Numbered from the stretch's first letter, positions 34,248 to 43,994 are shown. The stretch is DNA of 62,920 nucleotides from Verrucomicrobiota bacterium (GCA_022704185.1 JAKJGV010000003.1:1-62920), one strand, 5' to 3'. A program made the numbers and translations. Notes: generated by a model from the sequence alone, not told the origin.

Positions 34248-36520
34248 CAGCCCGCCTCCATCGTCGCCAGCGCGACGGCCGCCTGCCCCAGCGCGATTCC
34301 GCCGTCGTTCGGCGGCACTTCGCGATGGGAATAGGCCCTCAATCCCCGGCGGCTCAGCGCGTCGGTCACAAGAAGCAGCAACAGTTCGTTCTGGAAAACC
34401 CCGCCCGAGAGAACCACCTTGTCCGTCGGCCCGGATTCCGCCAGGCGCGCGCAAACCGCCGCGATGCCCGCAGCCATCGTCTCGTGAAAGCCGCGCGCGA
34501 TATCCGCGCTCGGCACCGATGCGTGCAAATCCTCAAGCATCTTCCGGATCATGGGCCGGAACGATAGCAGAATGCAGTCGTTCTGCATATCGAGCGCGAA
34601 CGCGTATTCGCGCGATGCGCCGGCCGCGGCCTGCGCCTGCAGGCGGACGGCCGCCTGGCCTTCGTAGCTGATAGTGTCGCACAGCCCAAGGAGCGCGGAC
34701 ACGGCATCGAACCAGCGGCCCGCACTGGAGCACACGGGGGCCTGTGTACCGCTCTCGAGCATCCGCAACAGGACCTGCCGGTCCGCATCCTGCAGCGCAG
34801 GCAGCCAACGGCTTCCGATGCGGTCCGCCTCCGCGCCGAATTCCGCGTGCAGCATGCCCAGCGCCATCCGGACCGGATGCCGGATCGCTCCCTCCCCGCC
34901 CGGCAACCGGAGTGTCTGCAGGTGCCCGCGGCGTTGACACTGCCTGTAGTCCGCGACGAGAAACTCCCCTCCCCAGATGGTCCCGTCGTCCCCCAGCCCG
35001 CTGCCATCCATCGCGACGCCGATCACGGGCCCCTCCAGCCGATGTTCCGCCATGCACGCCGCGATGTGCGCGTGATGATGCTGCACCGCGATGCGGCGGT
35101 CCGCCGGGCGCGCCGCCGCCAGCCGGGTGGATTCATACGCCGGATGCAGATCGTGGGCGATCACACCCGGCTCGACCCCCAGCAACCCGCAAAGGTCGGC
35201 AATCGCCTCTTCGTAGAAGGCCAGGCTGGGATGCTCCGTCAGATCACCGATATGCTGCGAGAGGAAGGCCTGCGCGCCGCGCGTGAGACAAAACGCGTTC
35301 TTCAGCTCCGCCCCCATGGCGAGCACCGGAGGACCGCCGCGCGACAGGGAAATCGGCGCGGGTACCCATCCGCGCGAGCGTCGCAAAACCATTTTCTCTC
35401 CGCGCACCAGCCTGACCACCGAGTCGTCGCAACGGCGGAGGATCGGCCGGTTGTGAACCAGCGCGAAATCGGCAATCCTCCCGAGAATGCGCGACAGCTC
35501 CGCTTCGGCGTGAGTGATCGGCTCCTCGCTGACGTTGCCGCTGGTCATCACCAGCGGACTCACCTTCTTGAGCAGCAGGTGATGCAACGGAGTATAGGGA
35601 AGAAACGCCCCTACATCTCTTGTGTCGGGAGCAACCAAGTCGGAGAGATCCGTTCCCGCGTGGCGCGGCACGACCACCACGGGCGCGGCGACGTCCAGCA
35701 TCTCCAGAACTTCCGCCGGCGTGGCTTCGCAATAGCGCGTCACTTCGTCGGCATCCGCGAACATGACGGCAAAGGGCTTTTCGCGGCGGCCTTTGCGCTC
35801 GCGAAGCTTCTGGACCGCCTCGTCGTTTCGCGCAAGGCAGCAGAGATGGTATCCTCCCAGACCCTTCACCGCGCCGATGCGGCCTTCCTTCAGCAGGCGC
35901 ACGGCCTCGAGCAGCGGGGATTCCACGGGGAGGACCTGCCCATCCGCCCCAAGGATCGAAAGCCGGGGCCCGCAATCCGGGCACGCATTCGGCTGCGCGT
36001 CGAAACGGCGGTCCGAGGGCTCGGTGTACTCCTTGTGACAACGCTCGCACAGGGGAAAATCCGCCATGGACGTTCGCGCCCGGTCGTAGGGCAGGCTCGA
36101 GACAATGGTGAAGCGCGGGCCGCAGTTCGTGCAGTTCGTGAAGGGGTATCCATGTCGCCGGTCCGAGGGATCGAGCACTTCGCGAACGCAGTCACCGCAG
36201 GCCGCCAGGTCCGGCGGGAACCCTACTACGAGGTCGCCCGACCTCTCGCTGGGCATGATCTGGAACCCTTGCTCGTCCGGCCGGACGGGAAGGTGCTCCA
36301 CGTGCAGGGTATCCATGCGCGCCTGGCGCGGGCACCGGGTTTTGAGGCGGGCGAGGAACACTTCGATCATCGGTCCGATGCCCTGCACTTCGACCTCGAC
36401 CCCCGCCGGACTGTTTCGCACGAAGCCGGTCAACCCGGCCTCCACGGCGTGGCGATACACCGTGGGCCGGAAGCCCACGCCCTGCACGCGGCCGCTGACC
36501 ACAAGCCGAACCCGCTCCAC
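34247..36520 (-). CDS. hypF: Carbamoyltransferase HypF
   Basis: GTG 36520 gives (M)ERVRLVVSGRVQGVGFRP (acylphosphatase domain). Two CxxC zinc-finger pairs (CGDC..., CTNCGPRFT, CERC..., CPDCGP), YrdC-like and Kae1-like domains. 757 aa. Confidence 0.94.
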   Translation of the reverse strand: MERVRLVVSGRVQGVGFRPTVYRHAVEAGLTGFVRNSPAGVEVEVQGIGPMIEVFLARLKTRCPRQARMDTLHVEHLPVRPDEQGFQIMPSERSGDLVVGFPPDLAACGDCVREVLDPSDRRHGYPFTNCTNCGPRFTIVSSLPYDRARTSMADFPLCERCHKEYTEPSDRRFDAQPNACPDCGPRLSILGADGQVLPVESPLLEAVRLLKEGRIGAVKGLGGYHLCCLARNDEAVQKLRERKGRREKPFAVMFADADEVTRYCEATPAEVLEMLDVAAPVVVVPRHAGTDLSDLVAPDTRDVGAFLPYTPLHHLLLKKVSPLVMTSGNVSEEPITHAEAELSRILGRIADFALVHNRPILRRCDDSVVRLVRGEKMVLRRSRGWVPAPISLSRGGPPVLAMGAELKNAFCLTRGAQAFLSQHIGDLTEHPSLAFYEEAIADLCGLLGVEPGVIAHDLHPAYESTRLAAARPADRRIAVQHHHAHIAACMAEHRLEGPVIGVAMDGSGLGDDGTIWGGEFLVADYRQCQRRGHLQTLRLPGGEGAIRHPVRMALGMLHAEFGAEADRIGSRWLPALQDADRQVLLRMLESGTQAPVCSSAGRWFDAVSALLGLCDTISYEGQAAVRLQAQAAAGASREYAFALDMQNDCILLSFRPMIRKMLEDLHASVPSADIARGFHETMAAGIAAVCARLAESGPTDKVVLSGGVFQNELLLLLVTDALSRRGLRAYSHREVPPNDGGIALGQAAVALATMEAG

Positions 36521-36561
36521 GGCCGCGCCGACCGCGGTATCGCGGGCTGTCCGGGCTGTCC

Positions 36562-37218
36562 CTATCCCTTGTTGACGTTCTGCACCCAATGCAACAGCTC
36601 CCTCACCCCTGCGCCGGACACGGCGGAAACTTCGAACACGGGCACCGAGGAATGCACCTGCCGGATGTACTCGCGGCATTGTGCCAGGTCGAACCGGAGG
36701 TGCGGCAGAAGGTCGGTCTTGGTGAGAACCACCGCCTTGCATTCGCGGAACAGCAAGGGGTACTTGAGCGGCTTGTCTTCGCCCTCGGTCACGCTCAGCA
36801 CCGCCACCTTCGCGTGTTCCCCGATGTCGAATTCCGCCGGGCAGACGAGGTTCCCGACGTTTTCCACGACGACCGTGCCGCGGTCCTTGACCGCCAGGTC
36901 CTTCAGCGCGTAATGCACCAGCTTGGCTTCGAGGTGGCAGGCGCCGTTCGTCAGCAACTGGCTCACCGGGATCCCCAGCGCGGCGATCCGCTCCGCGTCA
37001 TGCGTCGTCTCCACATCGCCCTCGAGCACGCTGAAGTTTCCGCTCGCGCCCGCTTCGCGCACAAGCGCCGCCAGCAGCGTGGTTTTCCCGGAGCCTGGCG
37101 AACCGATCAGGTTCAGCATGGTGAGCTGACGCGCGGCGAGGAACTCGCGGGTCTTGGCCGCCCACTTTTCGTTCTCGCCCATCAGGTCGCGGTACACGCG
37201 GATATTACTCGTCGCCAT
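36562..37218 (-). CDS. hypB: Hydrogenase nickel-incorporation GTPase HypB
   Basis: GSPGSGKTTLL P-loop, ENVGNLVCPA and LTKTDLL G-motifs. ATG 37218 (the track start 37227 is TTG). Confidence 0.94.
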   Translation of the reverse strand: MATSNIRVYRDLMGENEKWAAKTREFLAARQLTMLNLIGSPGSGKTTLLAALVREAGASGNFSVLEGDVETTHDAERIAALGIPVSQLLTNGACHLEAKLVHYALKDLAVKDRGTVVVENVGNLVCPAEFDIGEHAKVAVLSVTEGEDKPLKYPLLFRECKAVVLTKTDLLPHLRFDLAQCREYIRQVHSSVPVFEVSAVSGAGVRELLHWVQNVNKG

Positions 37219-37567
37219 CTTGCTCAACCTCCAGGTTCGACAGGTACAGCTCGCGCCCCGTCAGCACTTCAATATCGCCCGAAAGACACGATCCGCAAAG
37301 AAAAACAGGCGGCTCAATGCCACCCTCCCAGCCACACGCCCTGCACTTCGCGGTAATCGGCACAAACTCGAGTTCGAGCTTTGACCCTGCGATCGGCGTG
37401 TCGCGGGTCAGGACCTCGTACGCCATCTCCATGTTGTCCGGCACGATCGCGTGCAACCGCCCCACAACCACCCGCGCGCGACGCAGCGCTTTCGGGCGTG
37501 GGTTCATGCGGCCCAGTTCCTCCTGCGCCGCCTTCACGATCCCTTCACAAATGGAAAACTCGTGCAT
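37205..37567 (-). CDS. hypA: Hydrogenase nickel-insertion protein HypA
   Basis: MHEFSICEGIV (MHE Ni-binding N-terminus) and Zn site CRACG...CGSC. Confidence 0.94.
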   Translation of the reverse strand: MHEFSICEGIVKAAQEELGRMNPRPKALRRARVVVGRLHAIVPDNMEMAYEVLTRDTPIAGSKLELEFVPITAKCRACGWEGGIEPPVFLCGSCLSGDIEVLTGRELYLSNLEVEQDGDE

Positions 37568-37626
37568 GGCGGTCTTTGTTGTAGCTTATGCGGTGAAGCG
37601 GGTCGAATCCGGAATAAGGACATGGG

Positions 37627-39225
37627 TTACGGCAACGACATCGCCTCTTCCAGCGCCCGAAGGGCGTCCGGATCGTCGGGATCGAGACGGAGGACCTCCC
37701 GCCACTGCTCGACGGCCTTGTCCACCCGCCCCCGCTGCGCCAGCGCGACGCCGTAGTTGAACCGCGCCTCGAGGTAATCCGGCCGGCGCTGCAACGCGGC
37801 CCGCAATCGCTCCGCCGCCTCCTCCGGCCTGCCGAACTCGAGCAGAGTGCCCGCCGCGCAGTAGTCCAGTTCCGCTTCGAAATCGGTGCGCTCCACGGCA
37901 AACTCACGCGGGAAACAAATGCCGACGCCGACCGCAATGACCGCCAGCAGGGAAACCGCCAAGGTCTTCAGGTCGCGCCGCCGGCCCGCATCGAGAAGAG
38001 ACGTCATCCCCGCGGCCGCCAACACCGCGAACACCGGGATCATCGGCACCCGGTATCGCCCCGCCGCGATAAAGAAAACGATCGTCACGGGACCTACCAC
38101 CACGCACATCACCAGCGGCGCGGGCCATCGCTTGCGCTCCGCGATCAGGCCGAGCAGAGCCAACGGTCCGAGCAACCCGAACGGGAATCCGAACCCCCCG
38201 CACTTCCAGACCAGCACGCGCAGCACGGAAGACCACCGGCGATACAGATACACGTCCAGGTTTCGCGGGATCTCCCGCGAGCTGAAAAGCTGCGCCGTCT
38301 TGCGCGCCAGGCCTTTGAGAAAATGGATCGGCTGTTCCCGGATGTAGCGAACACTCTCCTTGTAGAAGTAGCCCGAGGTCCCGCGGCGGTCGGCGACTCC
38401 GGCCTCCGCGGCCATCCGGTAGATCCGCATCGCGTCATCGCCCGGCCGCATGGATTCGGTGACGGCGGAGCGCGGGTTGTTCCCCAGGTAGAAGTTGAAT
38501 CCGCCGCTGCCCGGCAGCGCGCTGAAATGCCCTGTTTCGCGATAGCTCAGCGCGGCCACCACAAGCAAGGGCAAGACGAATGCGACACCCTGCAGCATCC
38601 CCCTGCGCCATGCATGTTGCCCACCGCGTTTCCAGATTTCCCATATTCCTGCTACCAGCACGAACGGCAAGAAGACGGCACGCGTGAGGACAAGCAACGC
38701 GGCAGCGAGGCCCACGAGGACGTCGTGGAAGCTGCCGGCGCGACGGGATGCCAGCAAGAGCAGCCAGGCGGTCAGCCAGAACGCTTCCCACGTGGTCGGC
38801 AGCAGTTCGCCCTCCTGCGCGATGAGAGGCCCATAGAATGCCACCATCAGCCCAGCCAGCAAACCGACGCGCTCCGAGACCAGCCTCCGGCCGAGCCCCC
38901 ACGCGAGGACGCAGGTCCCGGCACCCAGCAGAATCTGGAGCAGGCGGGCCGGCAGCGCGGCGACGCCGAACACCCGGTAGACCCCTCCGAGAAAGAGCGG
39001 ATGGAAGAAAGACTGCCAGAAGAACTTATCCCCGAACCCGTGGCCGGCGACGAGGTCCGCCGCCAACTGGTGGTAGGTCAGCGCATCCACGATCGGCAGC
39101 TCAAAGGTCGGATTCGCGCGGTGCTGAAAAAGAAAAATCGCCCGGATCGCGAGGGCGAGCAGGAAGATGAACAACCCGGCCCTAAAAATCGAGCGACGCA
39201 TCCCATCGTGTGAATCAGCAGTCAT
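37627..39225 (-). CDS. GT39/ArnT-like (PMT_2) integral membrane glycosyltransferase-family protein with C-terminal TPR repeats
   Basis: About 11 TM segments. First-loop motif ELPIVDALTYHQLAADLVAGHGFG. C-terminal TPR (AERLRAALQRRPDYLEARFNYGVALAQRGRVDKAVEQWREVLRLDPDDPDA). ATG 39225 overlaps the protease stop by 11 nt (alternative ATG 39201). Confidence 0.75.
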   Translation of the reverse strand: MTADSHDGMRRSIFRAGLFIFLLALAIRAIFLFQHRANPTFELPIVDALTYHQLAADLVAGHGFGDKFFWQSFFHPLFLGGVYRVFGVAALPARLLQILLGAGTCVLAWGLGRRLVSERVGLLAGLMVAFYGPLIAQEGELLPTTWEAFWLTAWLLLLASRRAGSFHDVLVGLAAALLVLTRAVFLPFVLVAGIWEIWKRGGQHAWRRGMLQGVAFVLPLLVVAALSYRETGHFSALPGSGGFNFYLGNNPRSAVTESMRPGDDAMRIYRMAAEAGVADRRGTSGYFYKESVRYIREQPIHFLKGLARKTAQLFSSREIPRNLDVYLYRRWSSVLRVLVWKCGGFGFPFGLLGPLALLGLIAERKRWPAPLVMCVVVGPVTIVFFIAAGRYRVPMIPVFAVLAAAGMTSLLDAGRRRDLKTLAVSLLAVIAVGVGICFPREFAVERTDFEAELDYCAAGTLLEFGRPEEAAERLRAALQRRPDYLEARFNYGVALAQRGRVDKAVEQWREVLRLDPDDPDALRALEEAMSLP

Positions 39226-39688
39226 GCAGCTCCGCCATAAGCTCGGCTTCCACGGCAGCTACATATTGCGGGAGACGCCCGGAGAGCAAGGACGAAAGGC
39301 CTTCGCCCATCTTGACCGCGTCCGGCTCGATGCCGAAAATGACGATTTCCCGAGGGCACTCCCCCAGGTTGCGGGACAACTGGATGGAATTCAGGAGATC
39401 GCCCTCGTGCAGAGAAAAGCCCGCAAGGCGCTTGATGGATCGCGCCTCGTCCGGGCTGAACCGCCGGATCGTCCCGGGCGGCTCGCCCATGAACGCGCAA
39501 TCCACGAAGACCGCCTTTGTGCGGCCGGCCATGGAATGCAGCGCGCCGAGGACGGACGCGCCTGCTTCGATGAAATCCGTGCCGGGGAAGCGCTCTTTTC
39601 GCGTTTCGAGAGCACGCACCACGAAAAGACCGACCCCCTCGTCCCGCATGAGGGGGTTTCCGAGACCGATGACGACGATGGGGTTCAT
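39215..39688 (-). CDS. [NiFe]-hydrogenase maturation endopeptidase (HycI/HoxW/FrhD family)
   Basis: MNPIVVIGLGNPLMRDEGVG...DFIEAG...IFGIEP, the typical hydrogenase protease pattern. 157 aa. Confidence 0.9.
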   Translation of the reverse strand: MNPIVVIGLGNPLMRDEGVGLFVVRALETRKERFPGTDFIEAGASVLGALHSMAGRTKAVFVDCAFMGEPPGTIRRFSPDEARSIKRLAGFSLHEGDLLNSIQLSRNLGECPREIVIFGIEPDAVKMGEGLSSLLSGRLPQYVAAVEAELMAELHDC

Positions 39689-39738
39689 GCACCCTCACCC
39701 CAGCCCTCTCCCGCAATCGGGAGAGGGAGAGAAGAAAC
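39689..39738. repeat. REP-like element unit occupying the whole hyhL-protease spacer
   Basis: CACCCTCACCCCAGCCCTCTCCCGCAATCGGGAGAGGGAGAG: a 9-bp stem with a 6-nt loop and the same CTCACCCCAGCCCTCTCCC arm as at 31222-31264. Confidence 0.7.
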
Positions 39739-41040
39739 CTACACGAACTCGACGTTCAGGAAGTGTGTCGAGCAGGAGATGCACGGATCGTATGCGCGCA
39801 CGAGCATTTCCATCTTGAGCCGGATGTCATCCTGGCTTTCGCCGAGGAACTGCGGCACCAGCGCCTCGAAATCCTTCTGAATGTTCGCGTGGTTCTGGTT
39901 CGTCGGAATGCAGCAATTGGCTTTGACGCAATTGCCCTTCTTGTCGAACGCGTACCGGTGGAACAGGATTCCGCGCGGGGCCTCGACCGCGCCCGCGCCC
40001 TCGCCTTCGCGGGGCGTACTCTTCGCCAGCTCGGGCTTGATGCCCGCCGTCAGCAGTTCGTCAATCAACTGGAGGCTGTGTTCGATCACCTGCACCAGCT
40101 CAACGACCTGCGCGACGTTGTTCATATACGGGTTGCAGCAACCCTTCTTCAGCCCGAACATCTTCGCCGTGGCCGCCGCCAAGGGGAGCAATTGCTCCGC
40201 GTTCAGGTTGAAGCGCGCGAGCGCTCCGACCATGTACGATTCGCGGTGCCACTTGCACCACTTCGCCGTGGACTGCGGGCTGACATATTCGTTCGCCACG
40301 CGCTCAAATTCCTGCGGGCGCACAATCTCGTCGCTGTCGGTGGTCCCGATGCCTCCGTGATAGAACGAATACGCGCGCGGCGAATCCACGAGCGCGACGT
40401 ACTCCGTCGGGCGCTCGAACGCGGGCAGCTTCCCGGCAAGGCTCAGCACCACTTCCGCCACGGCCTTGAGATCCGGAATGCACTCCGTCAGCGTCGCCTT
40501 GAGCTCGCGCAGGTATTTCTCCGTGGGCAGGCTTGCGAAGCCGCCGGGCTTGACCGTCACCGGGTGCGTCATGCGGCCGCCGATCGCCTCCATCCACTGG
40601 TTTCCGATTCGGTGCAGCTTGATGACCTTCTTCACGACCTCGGGATGGCTCGCGACGAGGGGCACGACCGACTTCACGCCCAGCAGGTCCGGCGCCACGA
40701 GGTAGCCGACGTGCAGGCTGTGGCTTTCCATCTGTTCGGAATAATGCAACAGCATGCGCAGTTTGTCGCACTGCTCGGACACCGTGATGCCCATCGCGTC
40801 CTCGATCGCCTTGATCGCCGCGAAGGTGTGCGTCACGGAGCAGATCCCGCAGATCCGGCTGACGATGGTCTGGATATCCTCGTAGCTCCGGCCCAACACC
40901 ATCGCCTCGAAAAAGCGCGGGGCCTCGGGCACCTGCCACTCGCACTGGAGGACCTTTCCGTCCTCGGCGCGCAGGCGGATATTCCCGTGCCCTTCCACGC
41001 GGGTGATGTGATGCACATGGATGTCAACAGTCTTACTCAT
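39739..41040 (-). CDS. hyhL: [NiFe]-hydrogenase large (alpha) subunit, group 3b (sulfhydrogenase/NADP-coupled type)
   Basis: ITRVEGHG, L1 RICGICSVTH, L2 DPCISCSTH followed by the cleavable FLNVEFV. 433 aa, the same size class as P. furiosus HydA. Gene order beta-gamma-delta-alpha. Confidence 0.92.
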   Translation of the reverse strand: MSKTVDIHVHHITRVEGHGNIRLRAEDGKVLQCEWQVPEAPRFFEAMVLGRSYEDIQTIVSRICGICSVTHTFAAIKAIEDAMGITVSEQCDKLRMLLHYSEQMESHSLHVGYLVAPDLLGVKSVVPLVASHPEVVKKVIKLHRIGNQWMEAIGGRMTHPVTVKPGGFASLPTEKYLRELKATLTECIPDLKAVAEVVLSLAGKLPAFERPTEYVALVDSPRAYSFYHGGIGTTDSDEIVRPQEFERVANEYVSPQSTAKWCKWHRESYMVGALARFNLNAEQLLPLAAATAKMFGLKKGCCNPYMNNVAQVVELVQVIEHSLQLIDELLTAGIKPELAKSTPREGEGAGAVEAPRGILFHRYAFDKKGNCVKANCCIPTNQNHANIQKDFEALVPQFLGESQDDIRLKMEMLVRAYDPCISCSTHFLNVEFV

Positions 41041-41782
41041 CGGTATGCTCCTGCTTGCTGCCGAACAACAGCAGCCGGCTCTTCAGATCCTCGACCGTCT
41101 TGCCGTATTTGTCCATGACCTCGCGCGCCGCCTGGACGTTCGGATCGTCCACGTAGCCGCGGCAGCCGAAGCACCAGAACCCGGCCGACGGGCACGGCGC
41201 GTTGCAGCCCGCGCGCGTCACCGGCCCGAGGCAGATCTCGCCGTACTCGTAGCGGCAGACGTTCCCGCGCATCTTGCATTCCACGCAAACGGGATAGTTC
41301 GGGATCACCGGCTGCTTGCCCATCACCAGGCACCGCACGATGTAGGTGAATTCCTTGTTGTTGATCGGGCAGCCGTGGACCATGTAGTCCACCTTGACCA
41401 CCTCCGCGACGGATTTCGTCGGCATCGTGTTGAGATGCGGCATCGCGGCGTCCTTGCCGTACACGATGGTCCGGACTTCATCCATGCCGAAGTTGTTCTT
41501 CAGCTTGTTGACGCCGCCCGTGGTCGCGCACGCGCCCAGCGCGATGAGGATCTTCGCGCGCTCGCGGATCTTCTTCACGCGCTCCTCGTCCTCCGGCCGC
41601 GTGATGGACCCCTCGATGATCGCGATGTCGTATTCCTCGCTCTGCTCGGACATCGCCTCGCGCCACTCCACCGGCGTCACGACGGAAAGCACGTCCAGCA
41701 GCTCCTCCTCCAGGTTCACGACCTGGAGCTGGCATCCCTCGCAGCAGGCGAAATCGAAAATGGCAACCCTGGGCTTGCTCAT
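41033..41782 (-). CDS. hyhS: [NiFe]-hydrogenase small (delta) subunit, group 3b
   Basis: ATG 41782 (TGATG overlap with hyhG): MSKPRVAIFDFACCEGCQLQ...LGACATTGG...GCP...CxxC cluster ligands (NuoB-like). Confidence 0.9.
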   Translation of the reverse strand: MSKPRVAIFDFACCEGCQLQVVNLEEELLDVLSVVTPVEWREAMSEQSEEYDIAIIEGSITRPEDEERVKKIRERAKILIALGACATTGGVNKLKNNFGMDEVRTIVYGKDAAMPHLNTMPTKSVAEVVKVDYMVHGCPINNKEFTYIVRCLVMGKQPVIPNYPVCVECKMRGNVCRYEYGEICLGPVTRAGCNAPCPSAGFWCFGCRGYVDDPNVQAAREVMDKYGKTVEDLKSRLLLFGSKQEHTDE

Positions 41783-42630
41783 CAGATGGCCTCCCTTACG
41801 CTGGCAATATCCGAGTACTTGAAGACCGCGCCGTCCTGGCAGGCGTAGAGCCCGTTGACCTGGCAGTGCCCGCATTTGCCGACGCCGCACTTCATGTGGC
41901 GCTCCAGCGACACGTACATCCGGTCGGCCTTCAGCCCCACCTTGTCCAGCTCAAGGATCACGAACTTGTACATGATCGGCGGGCCGCAGACCACGGCGAC
42001 CGTCCTCGCGGGATCCAGCCGGACCTTCGGGATGAGCGTCGTGATGACCCCGACGTTCCCCTTCCAGGCGTCGTCTCCGCGATCCACGGTCTCCATGAAC
42101 GTCACGTCCTTTGCCGAAGCCCACCGCTGCATCTCGTCCGTGAACAGCCGGTCCGCCGGCGTCTTCGTGCCGAAAAGGATCGTGACGTGCCCGTAGTCGT
42201 CGCGATGATCGAGGACGTAGTTGATCGCGGAGCGCACGGGCACCAGCCCGATGCCGCCGCAGATGAAGAGGATATCCTTCCCCTTCATCTCGCCGTCCAC
42301 GGGAAAGTGCGTCCCGAAGGGGCCTCGAATGCCGACCTGCCGGCCCGCGCTCAGCGCGTGCATCGCGCCCGAAACGTTGCCGACCTTGCGCACGACCATC
42401 TGGAACGAGCCCTTCTGCGTCGGCGACGACGAGATGGAGATCGGCGCCTCGCCGATGCCCGGGATCGAGACTTCCACGAACTGGCCCGGCATGTGCCCCA
42501 GCTCGCGGCCCGAAGCGAGCCGGAACTCGAAGAACATTTCGAGCGCCGTCATCGGCGATGCCTTCAGCACATCCGCGGGCTCGGGAAGGTAGATATCCTT
42601 CATGGGTTGCGCCGTGTTGCTGCTGATCAT
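41782..42630 (-). CDS. hyhG: Hydrogenase gamma subunit: FAD/NAD(P)H-binding oxidoreductase with C-terminal 2Fe-2S (PyrK/AsrB-like)
   Basis: ATG 42630 overlaps the hyhB stop (ATGA). GQFVEVSIPGIGEAPISISS (FAD domain), ILFICGGIGLVP (NAD domain), C-terminal CGVGKCGHCQV. Confidence 0.88.
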   Translation of the reverse strand: MISSNTAQPMKDIYLPEPADVLKASPMTALEMFFEFRLASGRELGHMPGQFVEVSIPGIGEAPISISSSPTQKGSFQMVVRKVGNVSGAMHALSAGRQVGIRGPFGTHFPVDGEMKGKDILFICGGIGLVPVRSAINYVLDHRDDYGHVTILFGTKTPADRLFTDEMQRWASAKDVTFMETVDRGDDAWKGNVGVITTLIPKVRLDPARTVAVVCGPPIMYKFVILELDKVGLKADRMYVSLERHMKCGVGKCGHCQVNGLYACQDGAVFKYSDIASVREAI

Positions 42631-43652
42631 TTCTGCCCCTCCGCGAGTCTGTTGTAGATCTCCACCGGGTTCGCGATCTTCGTCACGCACGCGGTGATGC
42701 AGCGTCCGCATCCAACGCACGCGATCTGCTTGTGCATGTCGTGCAGGTATTTCCCCTTGCGGTAGTACCGGTGCCGGTACCGCTCCGCCTTCTTCTTCCG
42801 GAAGTTGTGTCCGCCGGCCACCAGCGCGAATTCCGCCAGCATGCAGCCGTCCCACACGCGCTCGCGCTCGCCGTCCTTGAGGTTGTAGGACACGGTGTCG
42901 CGCACGTTGAAGCAGTAGCAGGTGGGGCAGACCAGGTTGCAGGACCCGCAGGAGAAGCATCGCTTCGCCTTCTCCTCCCAGACCGGGTGGTCGTAGGATT
43001 TCTCGAGCAGCGCGGGCAGTTGCTCGGGCTTCACCTTGAGCTCGTGGCGACGGAGCAGCTTCCGGTTCTTTTCCCAGACGGCCTTGCGCTCCCCGAGGTC
43101 GCGCGCGCCGGCGACCGGCGCGGTCGCGATGGTCTCCATCAGCGCCTCACCCCGCGCGGAGCGCGACTCCACGACGTAGGCGGAACCGACGCGCGTCACC
43201 AGCACGTCGCCGCCGGACTCCAGCACCGCGGTGCCCATGCAACCCGCGAAGACGTTCTCCGACGCGTTCTGCACATCGCAAACGACGATCGTCGCGTTCT
43301 TCCGTCGCTCGAGGTAATGAATGTCCGGATTGCCTTCCGCGAACACGACATCCATCTGCAGGATCGCGGCCATGTCGTAGGGGTGCACACCGAACAGGAC
43401 GAACGGCTCGGATTCCACCACGCTCTCAAAGCCCTTCTCACCGAAGCGCAACAGCGTTTCGCAAGGGGGCTGCAGGAAGGCTTTCGGCGCCGTGACGCTG
43501 ACGTCGTAGTCGAGGCGCAACTGGTCCGCGCGGTCCAGCTGGTCGAACACGAACTTGTCGCCCCGGGCCTGAATGCCGTAGACTTTCTGTTTCTGGAGGA
43601 TGCCGTCCACCCAGCGATTCAGGGCGGCCGGTTCCAGCTTCTTGATGCTCAT
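42627..43652 (-). CDS. hyhB: Hydrogenase beta subunit: 4Fe-4S ferredoxin-domain protein (HydB/AsrA-like)
   Basis: ATG 43652 after a GGAAGGAG SD. CFSCGSCNLVCPTCYC and CVGCGRCITAC cluster motifs. 341 aa. Confidence 0.88.
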   Translation of the reverse strand: MSIKKLEPAALNRWVDGILQKQKVYGIQARGDKFVFDQLDRADQLRLDYDVSVTAPKAFLQPPCETLLRFGEKGFESVVESEPFVLFGVHPYDMAAILQMDVVFAEGNPDIHYLERRKNATIVVCDVQNASENVFAGCMGTAVLESGGDVLVTRVGSAYVVESRSARGEALMETIATAPVAGARDLGERKAVWEKNRKLLRRHELKVKPEQLPALLEKSYDHPVWEEKAKRCFSCGSCNLVCPTCYCFNVRDTVSYNLKDGERERVWDGCMLAEFALVAGGHNFRKKKAERYRHRYYRKGKYLHDMHKQIACVGCGRCITACVTKIANPVEIYNRLAEGQK

Positions 43653-43994
43653 CTGCTGCTCCTTCCCGTTCAAATATGAAAGGTGCGAACGCGGCGTGTG
43701 CGGACTTCGTGACGCACTGCGAAACTCCAAAACTTCCGCCGCTCGTGAAAGTTCCGCGAGAGACTAGCAAAAGGAGGCGTCCTCTGGCTAGTCCGGCGTG
43801 CAGAAAACCGCGCCGACATTTCTTCCCGTCCCGCTTGATGCAACCGGTTCTTTCGTGTAAACAGAACGGGGTCTCAATCGGTACTACTTTAGAGGTGCCG
43901 ACAACGGCTGTTAAGTGCCGGGCCGGAACGGATTAACCCCGCATGTCCGACCGGATTTACGCCGATGGTGCACAAGGAAGGTGGAGTCCTCGCA

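Noticed and set aside
37600-37610. GGGTCGAATCC, which resembles a tRNA T-arm (GGTTCGAATCC), in the hypA / GT39 spacer.
   Set aside because: The spacer is only 59 nt. The flanking bases cannot form a T-stem, acceptor stem or anticodon arm. I found no tRNA-like cloverleaf anywhere in the window.
43743-43759. Partial palindrome TCGTGAAAGTTCCGCGA in the hydrogenase/ackA divergent region, considered as a Rex (TTGTGAA-N4-TTCACAA-type) site.
   Set aside because: Only about 12/17 positions are self-complementary, the spacing is wrong and the right half-site is poor (TCCGCGA versus TTCACAA). Not supportable without a genome-wide motif.
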